Assembly (NCBI GenBank): GCA_965227515.1
Contig: CBDDFZ010000001.1
Coordinates: forward strand, 3,615,692-3,679,691
Source: Alphaproteobacteria bacterium
GTDB taxonomy: Bacteria; Pseudomonadota; Alphaproteobacteria; CALKHQ01
Reading direction: 5' to 3'
Length of the DNA stretch: 64,000 nucleotides
Shown: piece by piece, positions 8,382-15,845 of the stretch
Layout of the letters: the number at the start of each line of letters is the position of its first letter
Numbering within the stretch: position 1 is the stretch's first letter
Translations under genes and position numbers: made by a program
The notes under the pieces: model-generated
Told to the model about the DNA's origin: nothing
The model's database searches: none
What the model saw: the letters and a program-made list of their open reading frames with translations, nothing else

Positions 8382-9881
8382 TCACTCTGCGGCCTGGGCC
8401 GGCGGCTGGTGATAGCCGTCGATCCAGGCATAGTCGTAGCCGTCGACACCGCGCTCGGCCGGGCTCTGGCCCATGTATTCGTAGAAGGCGTCCTCGCCGG
8501 GCGGGATGGTGCCGTCGAACGCCCGGTCGATGATGCTGCGGTGGCCCTTGTAGCGGTTGGGCTCGACCTCGAAGATCCACTTGCAGACCGGCGAGCAGAA
8601 GTGATAGCGGCGCCCGTCCAGGTGAATGTGGTGGTCGGTCGCGTGCGCACCGGTCCCCGCGACGCCCGAGACCTCCAGCCCGCACATGTTGCAGATCAGC
8701 GGCGGCGCCACCGGCACCGTCTTCTCATAGGCACCCTGGCGGATGTTCTCGATGATGACGTCCCAGCACTTGCCGTAGGTGTCGTTCCAGCCGGGATACT
8801 TCTCCTCCAGCCAGTCGCGCTCCTCCGGCGACACGCCGGCGATCGGCCGCCACCATTCGGTCGCGCGGTAGATGTAGACGCCGATCTGCTGGGCGTGGTG
8901 GAAGGTCTCGATATCCCACTGGAAGTAGTCCCAGTACCACGGCATATCGAGGCCCAGCGCATCCAGGCTGCGGCCGAACTGGCCGATGACCCACTCGTGC
9001 ATGAACTCCTTCAGCGAGTTCTCCCGGTGCTCCAGCGGGGTGTAGTAGTCCATGCCGATGCCGCTCAGCGCGGAGAACTGCTTCCACATCCGCCAGAAGG
9101 CGATGTCGACCAGTTGCTGCGCCTCTTTCTTGCGGCCGTTCTCCAGCATGATGCGCACCATCGGCTCGCCGATCTGGGCGTGGCGCGCCTCGTCGGACTG
9201 GATCGACTGCAGCATGGTCGCGAATGTGTGGTCGCCGAACTTGGCCGCGTCCGCCGACAGGGCGACGAACTGCAGGTTCGTGAACGCCTGCTCCAGGCCC
9301 ATGTTCAACATGATGCCGGCACTCACCGCGTCGCGGGTGTGGGCGATGTCGTCCAGCGCGTGGCGCAGGCTGATGATGATCCAGTTCTCGGTCTTCGACG
9401 ACTTGTGGCACCAGTCGAACACGCGGTCGTGGCGCAGGAACTCATAGGCGAAGTAGATCTGGATCTGACCGTGGCGGATTTCGTCCAGCGTGCCGAAGGT
9501 CGCCATGTTGCGCAGGCCGGGCGCGCGGCCGAAGCGGGTCATCCGCCCGAACGCGGATGCGGAGTGGAACTCCGCCCAGCACACCGCGCTGAAGTGCAGC
9601 GCCAGCAACGCCTTCCAGTGCGGAGACGCATTCTTGAAGAAGTTGGAGCGTGACAGCGCCGCCTTCACCGAATAGGCGCCGACGTCCTTCTCGCGCTGGG
9701 TCTTCACATAGTCGCGGTACGAGACCTTGTAGGGCTCGTCGAACTTCTCCCACTCCTCGACCGGGATGCCGAAAGAGTTCGCCATCGGCGCCGGATACAG
9801 CTCGTCCTCGGTGACGTATTTCGGTGTCCAGTTGGTCTCGCGCGCCAGATCGTACCATTCGCTCATCGGCAGCATGGCCAT
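8382..9881 (-). CDS. soluble diiron monooxygenase hydroxylase alpha subunit (TmoA/TouA-like)
   Basis: 499 aa from the ATG at 9881 (GGAGGAG SD). Diiron motifs AEFH, DEIRH, GLEQAF and DEARH. C-terminal Cys-rich CNMCG...HFCSPVCK segment. Confidence 0.9.
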   Translation of the reverse strand: MAMLPMSEWYDLARETNWTPKYVTEDELYPAPMANSFGIPVEEWEKFDEPYKVSYRDYVKTQREKDVGAYSVKAALSRSNFFKNASPHWKALLALHFSAVCWAEFHSASAFGRMTRFGRAPGLRNMATFGTLDEIRHGQIQIYFAYEFLRHDRVFDWCHKSSKTENWIIISLRHALDDIAHTRDAVSAGIMLNMGLEQAFTNLQFVALSADAAKFGDHTFATMLQSIQSDEARHAQIGEPMVRIMLENGRKKEAQQLVDIAFWRMWKQFSALSGIGMDYYTPLEHRENSLKEFMHEWVIGQFGRSLDALGLDMPWYWDYFQWDIETFHHAQQIGVYIYRATEWWRPIAGVSPEERDWLEEKYPGWNDTYGKCWDVIIENIRQGAYEKTVPVAPPLICNMCGLEVSGVAGTGAHATDHHIHLDGRRYHFCSPVCKWIFEVEPNRYKGHRSIIDRAFDGTIPPGEDAFYEYMGQSPAERGVDGYDYAWIDGYHQPPAQAAE

Positions 9882-9910
9882 GGCCCCATCTCCTCCACTG
9901 GCAGTGCGGT

Positions 9911-10178
9911 CCACGAATTTCGTGGCGAACCTGGCCAGTGAAGCACGAATTCCTCCGCACTGCCAAGCGCGCTTGTGAGAAATTCGCGATATTGCCCAAA
10001 AATGCCGCACAATTCGTGGCTGGCGTGCAGGCCATGCCGCATTCGCAGGCAGTCAGGCGATCCGGCTTGTGCCAGTTCGAGGGTTGACAAGGACTTCATT
10101 GACGAAATTCGTGCGGATGAATACCGTGGGTACCGCAAACGCTCAGCAGTTCAGCTAGTTTGCATCGAAATTCGTGAC
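9911..10178. promoter_or_regulatory. array of CACGAA-n-TTCGTG operator-like boxes in the divergent control region
   Basis: Perfect 7-1-7 palindrome CCACGAAtTTCGTGG at 9911-9925. Related boxes at 9977-9988, 10005-10019, 10101-10114 and 10164-10178. TTCG cores recur about every 31 bp. TTGACA hexamer at 10084-10089. Confidence 0.5.
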
Positions 10179-10232
10179 CGCGCCGGCCTTCGCGCTGGAC
10201 ATGGTCCGCGGCCGCGGACGTTGGGGAACGCG

Positions 10233-10994
10233 ATGGCAGCCACAAACGGCAGGTCGGGGGGCACGAAGGCGAACGGCGCCAAGGCCGGGGGTGCGAAGAC
10301 GGGCGGCGCGAAAACGCGCGGCCGCTCCAAGCCTTCCGGAAAGTCGGCCGGAAAATCCGCTGCCAAGTCTTCCGCGAAATCCAGGCGAGCCGAGAGCGGC
10401 GCCGTCGATGCCCGCCTCGTCATGGGCGCGCGCAGCCTGCTCTCCAGCAACGGTGACGAAAACGTCGAAGATGCGTTCGGCCACCGCCCGCCGCCCATCG
10501 AGGGCCTGAACCGCAGCATCGTCGAAATCCTGCAGGAGGACGGCCGCGCCTCGCTGTCGTCGATCGCGGAAGTGCTGGGCGTTTCCGAGGCCACCGTGCG
10601 TAGCCGCGTGTCGCGCATGCGCAAGGCCAACCTGATCAACTTCATCGCCGTCATCAACCCGCTGGCCCTGGGCTTCACCGCATGGGCGATGCTGGGCATC
10701 CGGGTCGCCCAAGGGGCCAGCGCCGACGATGTGGCGCGCTACTTCAGCGACTGCCCGGAGGTGGTCTACGTCATGCGGGTTGCCGCCCGCTTCGACCTGT
10801 TGGCCGAGATCGTCTGCGAGACGCCCGACGACCTGCGCGACTTCCTGGATCGCCATTGTTATGGCGCACCCGACGTGGCGTCGGTCGAGCCGATGATCGG
10901 GCTCGGTCTCTACAAGAGCCTGTTCAAGTGGGACCGGCCGATCGTTGCCGGCAATGGTTCCAATCACGGCGGCAACAGCAACGGCAGCAAATAG
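10233..10994 (+). CDS. Lrp/AsnC-family transcriptional regulator with a ~90-aa Lys/Ala/Gly/Ser-rich N-terminal extension
   Basis: HTH_AsnC-like LNRSIVEILQEDGRASLSSIAEVLGVSEATVRSRVSRM followed by a RAM/AsnC_trans_reg-like C-terminal half. The N-terminus carries AKAGGAKTGGAKTRGRSKPSGKSAGKSAAKSSAKS. The start choice is uncertain. Confidence 0.75.
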   Translation: MAATNGRSGGTKANGAKAGGAKTGGAKTRGRSKPSGKSAGKSAAKSSAKSRRAESGAVDARLVMGARSLLSSNGDENVEDAFGHRPPPIEGLNRSIVEILQEDGRASLSSIAEVLGVSEATVRSRVSRMRKANLINFIAVINPLALGFTAWAMLGIRVAQGASADDVARYFSDCPEVVYVMRVAARFDLLAEIVCETPDDLRDFLDRHCYGAPDVASVEPMIGLGLYKSLFKWDRPIVAGNGSNHGGNSNGSK

Positions 10995-11124
10995 GGAGCC
11001 GGCCGATGGGGGGCGGGACATCGAAGCATGCAGGAACAGCGGCGCCGGCGGTCGCCGCACCACATGCGGCAAAGCTCTTGCATGGGACCGCCCCATGGCT
11101 GGGCCGCGAGACGAGTGGTGACCG

Positions 11125-12024
11125 ATGAGCGTGCGCGACGACATCAGCGACACCGATACGCGCGACGTGGAAACGATGCACGAGCACGACGGCGGTGCAG
11201 CGTCCCCGGCGCCGGTGTTCAAGCCGCCGCGCGAGCGCTTCCTGGAGGTGCGCGGCACCGTCAGCCAGCACCAGACGTTGTGGCTCGGCCTGATCGGTGT
11301 TGTCGTGTTCTTCGCGATCTGGGAAATCGCGCACCAGTTGACGCCGGAGGGTGAGCAGAAGTTCCTGCCCGGCGCGATCCAGGTGGTGTCCAAGATCGGC
11401 GAGCTGATCGATGAGGAGGGCTTCCTCTACGACATCGCCAAGTCGGTCTACCGCATCTATGTCAGCTTCCTGGCCGCCTGCCTGCTGGCGGTGCCGCTGG
11501 GCCTGCTGATGGGCAGCTTCGTGAAGATGCGGGCACTGATCAACCCGACCGTGGGCGGCCTGCGCTACCTGCCGGCCGCCTCGTTCGTGCCGCTGCTGCT
11601 GGTCTACCTCGGCCCCACCGACCTCTCCAAGATGGCACTGCTGTTCCTGGGCTGCGTGTTCTTCCTGATCGCGCTGATCCTGGACAACGTGCTGGCGGTG
11701 CCGAAGGAGTTTGCGGAATCCGCGCAGACCATGGGCGCCAGCCGCAGCCATATCGTCTGGCACGTCATCTTCAAGGCGTCGGCACCGCAGATCCTGGACT
11801 CCATGCGCAACATGATCGCGGTGTCGTGGACCTATCTGGTCATCGCGGAGATCGTGGCGGCGACCGACGGGATTGGCGCGGTGATGATGCGCGCGTCACG
11901 CTTCCTGCATGTCGACATCATCATGGCGGGGATTCTGACCATCGGCGTGCTCGGGGTGCTGACCGACATCTCGTTCCGGCTGATCAGCCGCGCCCTGTTC
12001 CCCTATGTCTACGCACGGCGCTGA
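11125..12024 (+). CDS. ABC transporter permease, NitT/TauT (nitrate/sulfonate/bicarbonate-type) family
   Basis: 299 aa, multi-TM, resembles SsuC/TauC-type BPD permeases. Confidence 0.8.
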   Translation: MSVRDDISDTDTRDVETMHEHDGGAASPAPVFKPPRERFLEVRGTVSQHQTLWLGLIGVVVFFAIWEIAHQLTPEGEQKFLPGAIQVVSKIGELIDEEGFLYDIAKSVYRIYVSFLAACLLAVPLGLLMGSFVKMRALINPTVGGLRYLPAASFVPLLLVYLGPTDLSKMALLFLGCVFFLIALILDNVLAVPKEFAESAQTMGASRSHIVWHVIFKASAPQILDSMRNMIAVSWTYLVIAEIVAATDGIGAVMMRASRFLHVDIIMAGILTIGVLGVLTDISFRLISRALFPYVYARR

Positions 12025-12039
12025 GGCTGGAGGCGGGGG

Positions 12040-12873
12040 ATGAACATGCCAGTCGATCCAGCCAGCCGCGAGGCGGCGACCCAGACCGCGGCATCGCCGC
12101 CCATCCGTTGCCGCCGCGTCACCAAGGAGTACCTGGGCGGCAGCCGCGTCGCGCTGAACGACATCACCCTCGACATCCATGAGAACCAGGTGACCGCCCT
12201 GATCGGCCCGTCCGGCTGCGGCAAGACCACCCTGCTCCGCCTGATCGCCGGCCTGGAATTCCCGACCCGCGGCGAGGTCCTGATGCACGACAAGCCGGTG
12301 CTGGGCCCCGGCCCGGAACGCGGCATGGTGTTCCAGGCCTACACCTCGTTCCCGTGGCTGACCGCGCGCAAGAACGTCGAGCACGGCATGAAGATCCAGA
12401 ACCTGCCGCGGCCCGAGCGGATGAGCCGGGCGCAGCATTTCCTGGAGCTGGTTCACCTGGACGAGTTCGCCGAGGCCTATCCGGTGGAGATGTCGGGCGG
12501 CATGAAGCAGCGCGTCGCCATCGCGCGCACACTGGCGCAGAACCCGGACCTGCTGCTGCTGGACGAGCCGTTCGGCGCGCTGGACGCCCAGGTGACCTGG
12601 GAAATGGAAGAGATGGTCATCGAGATCATCGAGAACGAGAGCAAGACCGTCATCCTGGTCACCCACGACATCCAGGAAGCGATCTACCTGGCCGACCGCA
12701 TCATCTTCTTCACGCGGCAGCCGGGCCGGATCAAGGCCGACCTGTCGATGGAGTTCAAGGAGGGACGGCGTTTCGCCAAGAAGGAGGAGCTGCTGGTCCA
12801 TCCCGGATACCCGGAGATGGAGAAGCTGCTCTACACGATGATGCGCGAAGAGATTCAGGGGCGCATCTCGTGA
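12040..12873 (+). CDS. ABC transporter ATP-binding protein, NitT/TauT family
   Basis: Walker A GPSGCGKTT, signature SGGMKQR, Walker B LLLLDEPF. GGAGG SD. Confidence 0.9.
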   Translation: MNMPVDPASREAATQTAASPPIRCRRVTKEYLGGSRVALNDITLDIHENQVTALIGPSGCGKTTLLRLIAGLEFPTRGEVLMHDKPVLGPGPERGMVFQAYTSFPWLTARKNVEHGMKIQNLPRPERMSRAQHFLELVHLDEFAEAYPVEMSGGMKQRVAIARTLAQNPDLLLLDEPFGALDAQVTWEMEEMVIEIIENESKTVILVTHDIQEAIYLADRIIFFTRQPGRIKADLSMEFKEGRRFAKKEELLVHPGYPEMEKLLYTMMREEIQGRIS

Positions 12874-12950
12874 GCCGGCGGCCAGGCAGGCGGCCGGGCC
12901 GGACAACCAGTGGGCCGATGGGGGTCCACGCAACCTCGGGGAGATCGGGT

Positions 12951-14000
12951 ATGAGGGACCACATCATGCGCGTTTGCAGGCCAGCCGCGCTGGCACTGGG
13001 CATTGTCGCGTTGGGGGGCGCGGCGGCCTCGACGGCAAGTGCACAGGAAACGGTGCGTATCGGCCACTTCAGCTGGCCCGGCTACGGCTTCTTCTACGTG
13101 GCTCAGGAACAGGGCTTGGCGCCCGACCTGGAGTTCGAGTTCACGGTGATCGAAGACCCGGTGCAGCTGTTCAGCCTGCTGGCGACCGATCAGCTCGACG
13201 TCGTGCTCAGCACCATCGAGTTCGGGCCGATCGCCGCCGCCGAGGACATGGCGCTGAAGCTGGTCTCGCTGACCAATCTCGGCTACGGCTCCGACCACAT
13301 CATCGTCCACCCCGACATCGAGAGCCCGGAAGACCTGCGCGGCCAGCAGGTGGCGGTACTGGAGGGCGGCCTGTCGCAGATCTACATGGCGATCTGGCTC
13401 GAGCAGCAGGGCATCGCCTGGGACGAGGTCGAGATGGTCAACCTGATCGCCGGTGACGCCGCCGCCGCGATGATCAGCGGCCAGGTGGCCGCCGCCGAGC
13501 TGTGGGACCCGTTCGGCGCCCAGGTGCTGGCGGAACTGGAAGGCTCCCGCGAGCTCAGCCACTCGCGCGAACCGCAGTGGCTTGAGTCGGCGCTGATCGC
13601 CGATGCGCTGTTCATGTCGGACACGTTCCTGACCGAGAACCGCGACACCGCCACCAAGACCGTGCAGGCGCTGTTCGCCGGCGTCGAGTGGTGGCGCGCC
13701 AACGCGACCGAGGCGAACGATATCATCGCCGAGGCGGTCGGCTTCAGCGTCGACGACGTGCAGGCCATCCTGGGCGGCGAGAACAACCCCGAGGACGGGA
13801 CCCTCTATATGTACTCGCTGGAAGAGGCGGCCCAGTTCTGCGGCGTGGCCGATGGCGAGCCGCCGTTCGGCCAGACCAACGGCCAGATGGCCGATCACTG
13901 GGCGCTGACCAACACCTGGTGGATCAACTTCGGGCTGATGGACGAGACGGTCGCGCCCGAAGCCGGGCTCGATTGCGCCCTCCTGGGCGAGGCGATGTAG
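12951..14000 (+). CDS. ABC transporter periplasmic substrate-binding protein (NMT1/SsuA/TauA-like)
   Basis: Signal peptide MRVCRPAALALGIVALGGAAASTASAQ and a GGGGAG SD. The ORF-track N-terminal extension (12354) overlaps the ATPase gene and is rejected. Confidence 0.8.
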   Translation: MRDHIMRVCRPAALALGIVALGGAAASTASAQETVRIGHFSWPGYGFFYVAQEQGLAPDLEFEFTVIEDPVQLFSLLATDQLDVVLSTIEFGPIAAAEDMALKLVSLTNLGYGSDHIIVHPDIESPEDLRGQQVAVLEGGLSQIYMAIWLEQQGIAWDEVEMVNLIAGDAAAAMISGQVAAAELWDPFGAQVLAELEGSRELSHSREPQWLESALIADALFMSDTFLTENRDTATKTVQALFAGVEWWRANATEANDIIAEAVGFSVDDVQAILGGENNPEDGTLYMYSLEEAAQFCGVADGEPPFGQTNGQMADHWALTNTWWINFGLMDETVAPEAGLDCALLGEAM

Positions 14001-14029
14001 CCCCGGTCAGATACAATCAACGCACGGCG

Positions 14030-14060
14030 ATGGCGGCCCCAGTGGCCGCCATTGTCGTTT
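14030..14060 (+). terminator. putative intrinsic terminator in a convergent gap
   Basis: ATGGCGGCC-ccagt-GGCCGCCAT stem-loop followed by TGTCGTTT. Confidence 0.4.
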
Positions 14061-14099
14061 GTGGCGCTCCGACGAAGTGCAGTTACCGCTGCCCCAACT

Positions 14100-15845
14100 C
14101 TAGCCCCCGGTGCCGACGCTGACTCCGTAGACCTCAAGCGCGCGCTCGGCGCTGATCCAGCCCTCGGCCACGTCATGGCGCACCTTCTCAGGGTCGCGTG
14201 CCTTCGGGTCCTCGTAGCCGCCGCCGCCGCAGGAGATCGAGACCATCATCTCGCCCGGCTCAAGCTTGACCTCGGCGCAACCCGGCTGCGGGTCCAGCGA
14301 CCCGTCGCGGCGGCGCACGTACTGGGCCGACGGGCCACCGGTGAGGCCGCCGCGCGCGCCCTGCGCCGGGTTGACGTTGCCGTCGCTGACGTAAGCGACG
14401 GTCATGGTGCCCTCGGTCGGGCCGAACACCGAGTAGGCGCTCAACGCGCCGCGTGTCCGCCCGGCGCCCTCGGTATCGGGCAGCAGCTTGCGGGCCTCGA
14501 CGTGGATCGGGTGGCGCATCTCGTCGAGCTCGATGCTGTCCTGGTAGCACATGCCGGCATTGCCGACATGGACGATGGAGAGCCAGCCGTCGGTGGTGGG
14601 CGCAGCGGCCCCACCGGTAATGCCGACGTAGATCTCGTTGACGTAGTCGTGGCCGGTGCGCGGATCGCGGCCGGAGATCACACCGCACGAGGGAGGAATG
14701 CAGCTTCCGGTCTCCGCCATGCCGATGCCGTCTCTGAGGTCGGCAATGGCGCGCTGCACCGGGTTGGCGACATGGTCGGCGACGTTGGTGGTGGCAACCG
14801 AGCAGCTCGTCGGGTGACGGGGCACGCCGACGATGCAGTTCTCGCGCAGCTTCACCTTCACCCGGCGGAAGCTGCCGGCGTTCTTCGGCACCGTGTGGTC
14901 GATGGAGTTGAAGATGCCGACCAGCGGCGCTGAGAGCGCACACCCCTCCGACAGATTGAGGCCGTTCGGCATGCAATCCGGATTATCGGTCATGTCGACC
15001 TCGATCCGCGCCGCCTCGGCGTCGACCGTCACGTCGACCTTGATGGTGATGCCGTCCTCCGGCGAGCCGGGGAACGGGTCATGGGTACTGGTCGTGACCA
15101 CCCGTCCGCTGGGGATGGCGCGGATCGCCTGGACCATGCGCTCCTCTGAATAGTCGAACCAGTCCTCGGCAAAGGCGGCCAGCGTGTCCCAGCCAACCTC
15201 GCGGCCCAGCGCCAGCATCTCCCGCTCGCCGATCCGTGCCGCGCCCAGTGTCGCCAGATAGTCGCCCCACCACTGGTGCGGCACCCGAATACGCTGCTGG
15301 CACATGCGGACGAGGTCCATGTTGTGCTGGTAGTCGGACTGGATCTTTACCGCCGGGAAGATCAGCGCGCCCTCGGCATAGACGTCCTGCGCAGCCCCCA
15401 TATAGGTGGTCGGCAGCGCGTTGCCGCAGTCGGCCTGGTGCGCCTTGGCCAGCACGGTGAAGCGATGCACGCCGTCGTCGTCGATCACCGGGATCAGGAT
15501 CGAATGGTCAGCCGGGTGGGTACAGCCGTGATAGGGCGAGTTGTGCAGATAGGCGTCGCCGCGCGCCAACACCGGATGGTTGTCGGTCATGGTGCGGGCC
15601 ATGATGTCCGGCCCGTAGAGCACATGGATCGGCAGGCTCTCGGCAACCGTCAACAGGCGGTGGTCGGCGGTCAGGATGACGCACGAGAAGTCGCGCGCGA
15701 TGGTCAGGATGCCGGAGCGCCCGGTGCGCAGCAGCGTGTTCGACATCTTGCGCGCGATGCCTTCCAGCCGCGCGTTCAGCACGGCCAACCGCACGCCATC
15801 GGCGCCCGCGCCCGCGTTCGTTTTGGCCTTTGCCATCTCGTTCAT
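14100..15845 (-). CDS. hyuB: hydantoinase B/oxoprolinase family protein (pair 1)
   Basis: The ATG at 15845 forms an ATGA overlap with the hyuA stop. Hydantoinase_B-like throughout, but the N-terminus (VLNARLEGIARKMSNTLLRTGRSG) diverges from pairs 2 and 3. Confidence 0.85.
   Translation of the reverse strand: MNEMAKAKTNAGAGADGVRLAVLNARLEGIARKMSNTLLRTGRSGILTIARDFSCVILTADHRLLTVAESLPIHVLYGPDIMARTMTDNHPVLARGDAYLHNSPYHGCTHPADHSILIPVIDDDGVHRFTVLAKAHQADCGNALPTTYMGAAQDVYAEGALIFPAVKIQSDYQHNMDLVRMCQQRIRVPHQWWGDYLATLGAARIGEREMLALGREVGWDTLAAFAEDWFDYSEERMVQAIRAIPSGRVVTTSTHDPFPGSPEDGITIKVDVTVDAEAARIEVDMTDNPDCMPNGLNLSEGCALSAPLVGIFNSIDHTVPKNAGSFRRVKVKLRENCIVGVPRHPTSCSVATTNVADHVANPVQRAIADLRDGIGMAETGSCIPPSCGVISGRDPRTGHDYVNEIYVGITGGAAAPTTDGWLSIVHVGNAGMCYQDSIELDEMRHPIHVEARKLLPDTEGAGRTRGALSAYSVFGPTEGTMTVAYVSDGNVNPAQGARGGLTGGPSAQYVRRRDGSLDPQPGCAEVKLEPGEMMVSISCGGGGYEDPKARDPEKVRHDVAEGWISAERALEVYGVSVGTGG

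Noticed and set aside
10060-10074. Sigma-54 promoter for the monooxygenase operon (TGGCAC on the minus strand)
   Set aside because: A -24-like TGGCAC is present, but the -12 position reads GGAT rather than TTGC. No enhancer-binding-protein gene is nearby.
10992-11124. Possible guanidine-I (ykkC) riboswitch upstream of the NitT/TauT transporter (TAGGGAGCCGG ... GGGCGGGACATCGAAGC)
   Set aside because: It resembles only two short consensus patches (UAGGGUUCCGG and ACGGCGGGA..AAGCC). These lie about 8 nt apart instead of being separated by the P1a/P1b region with GGUCCGAGAG. No convincing stems could be drawn, and the TAG is the regulator's stop codon. A covariance-model scan (Rfam ykkC, mini-ykkC, ykkC-III) would settle it.
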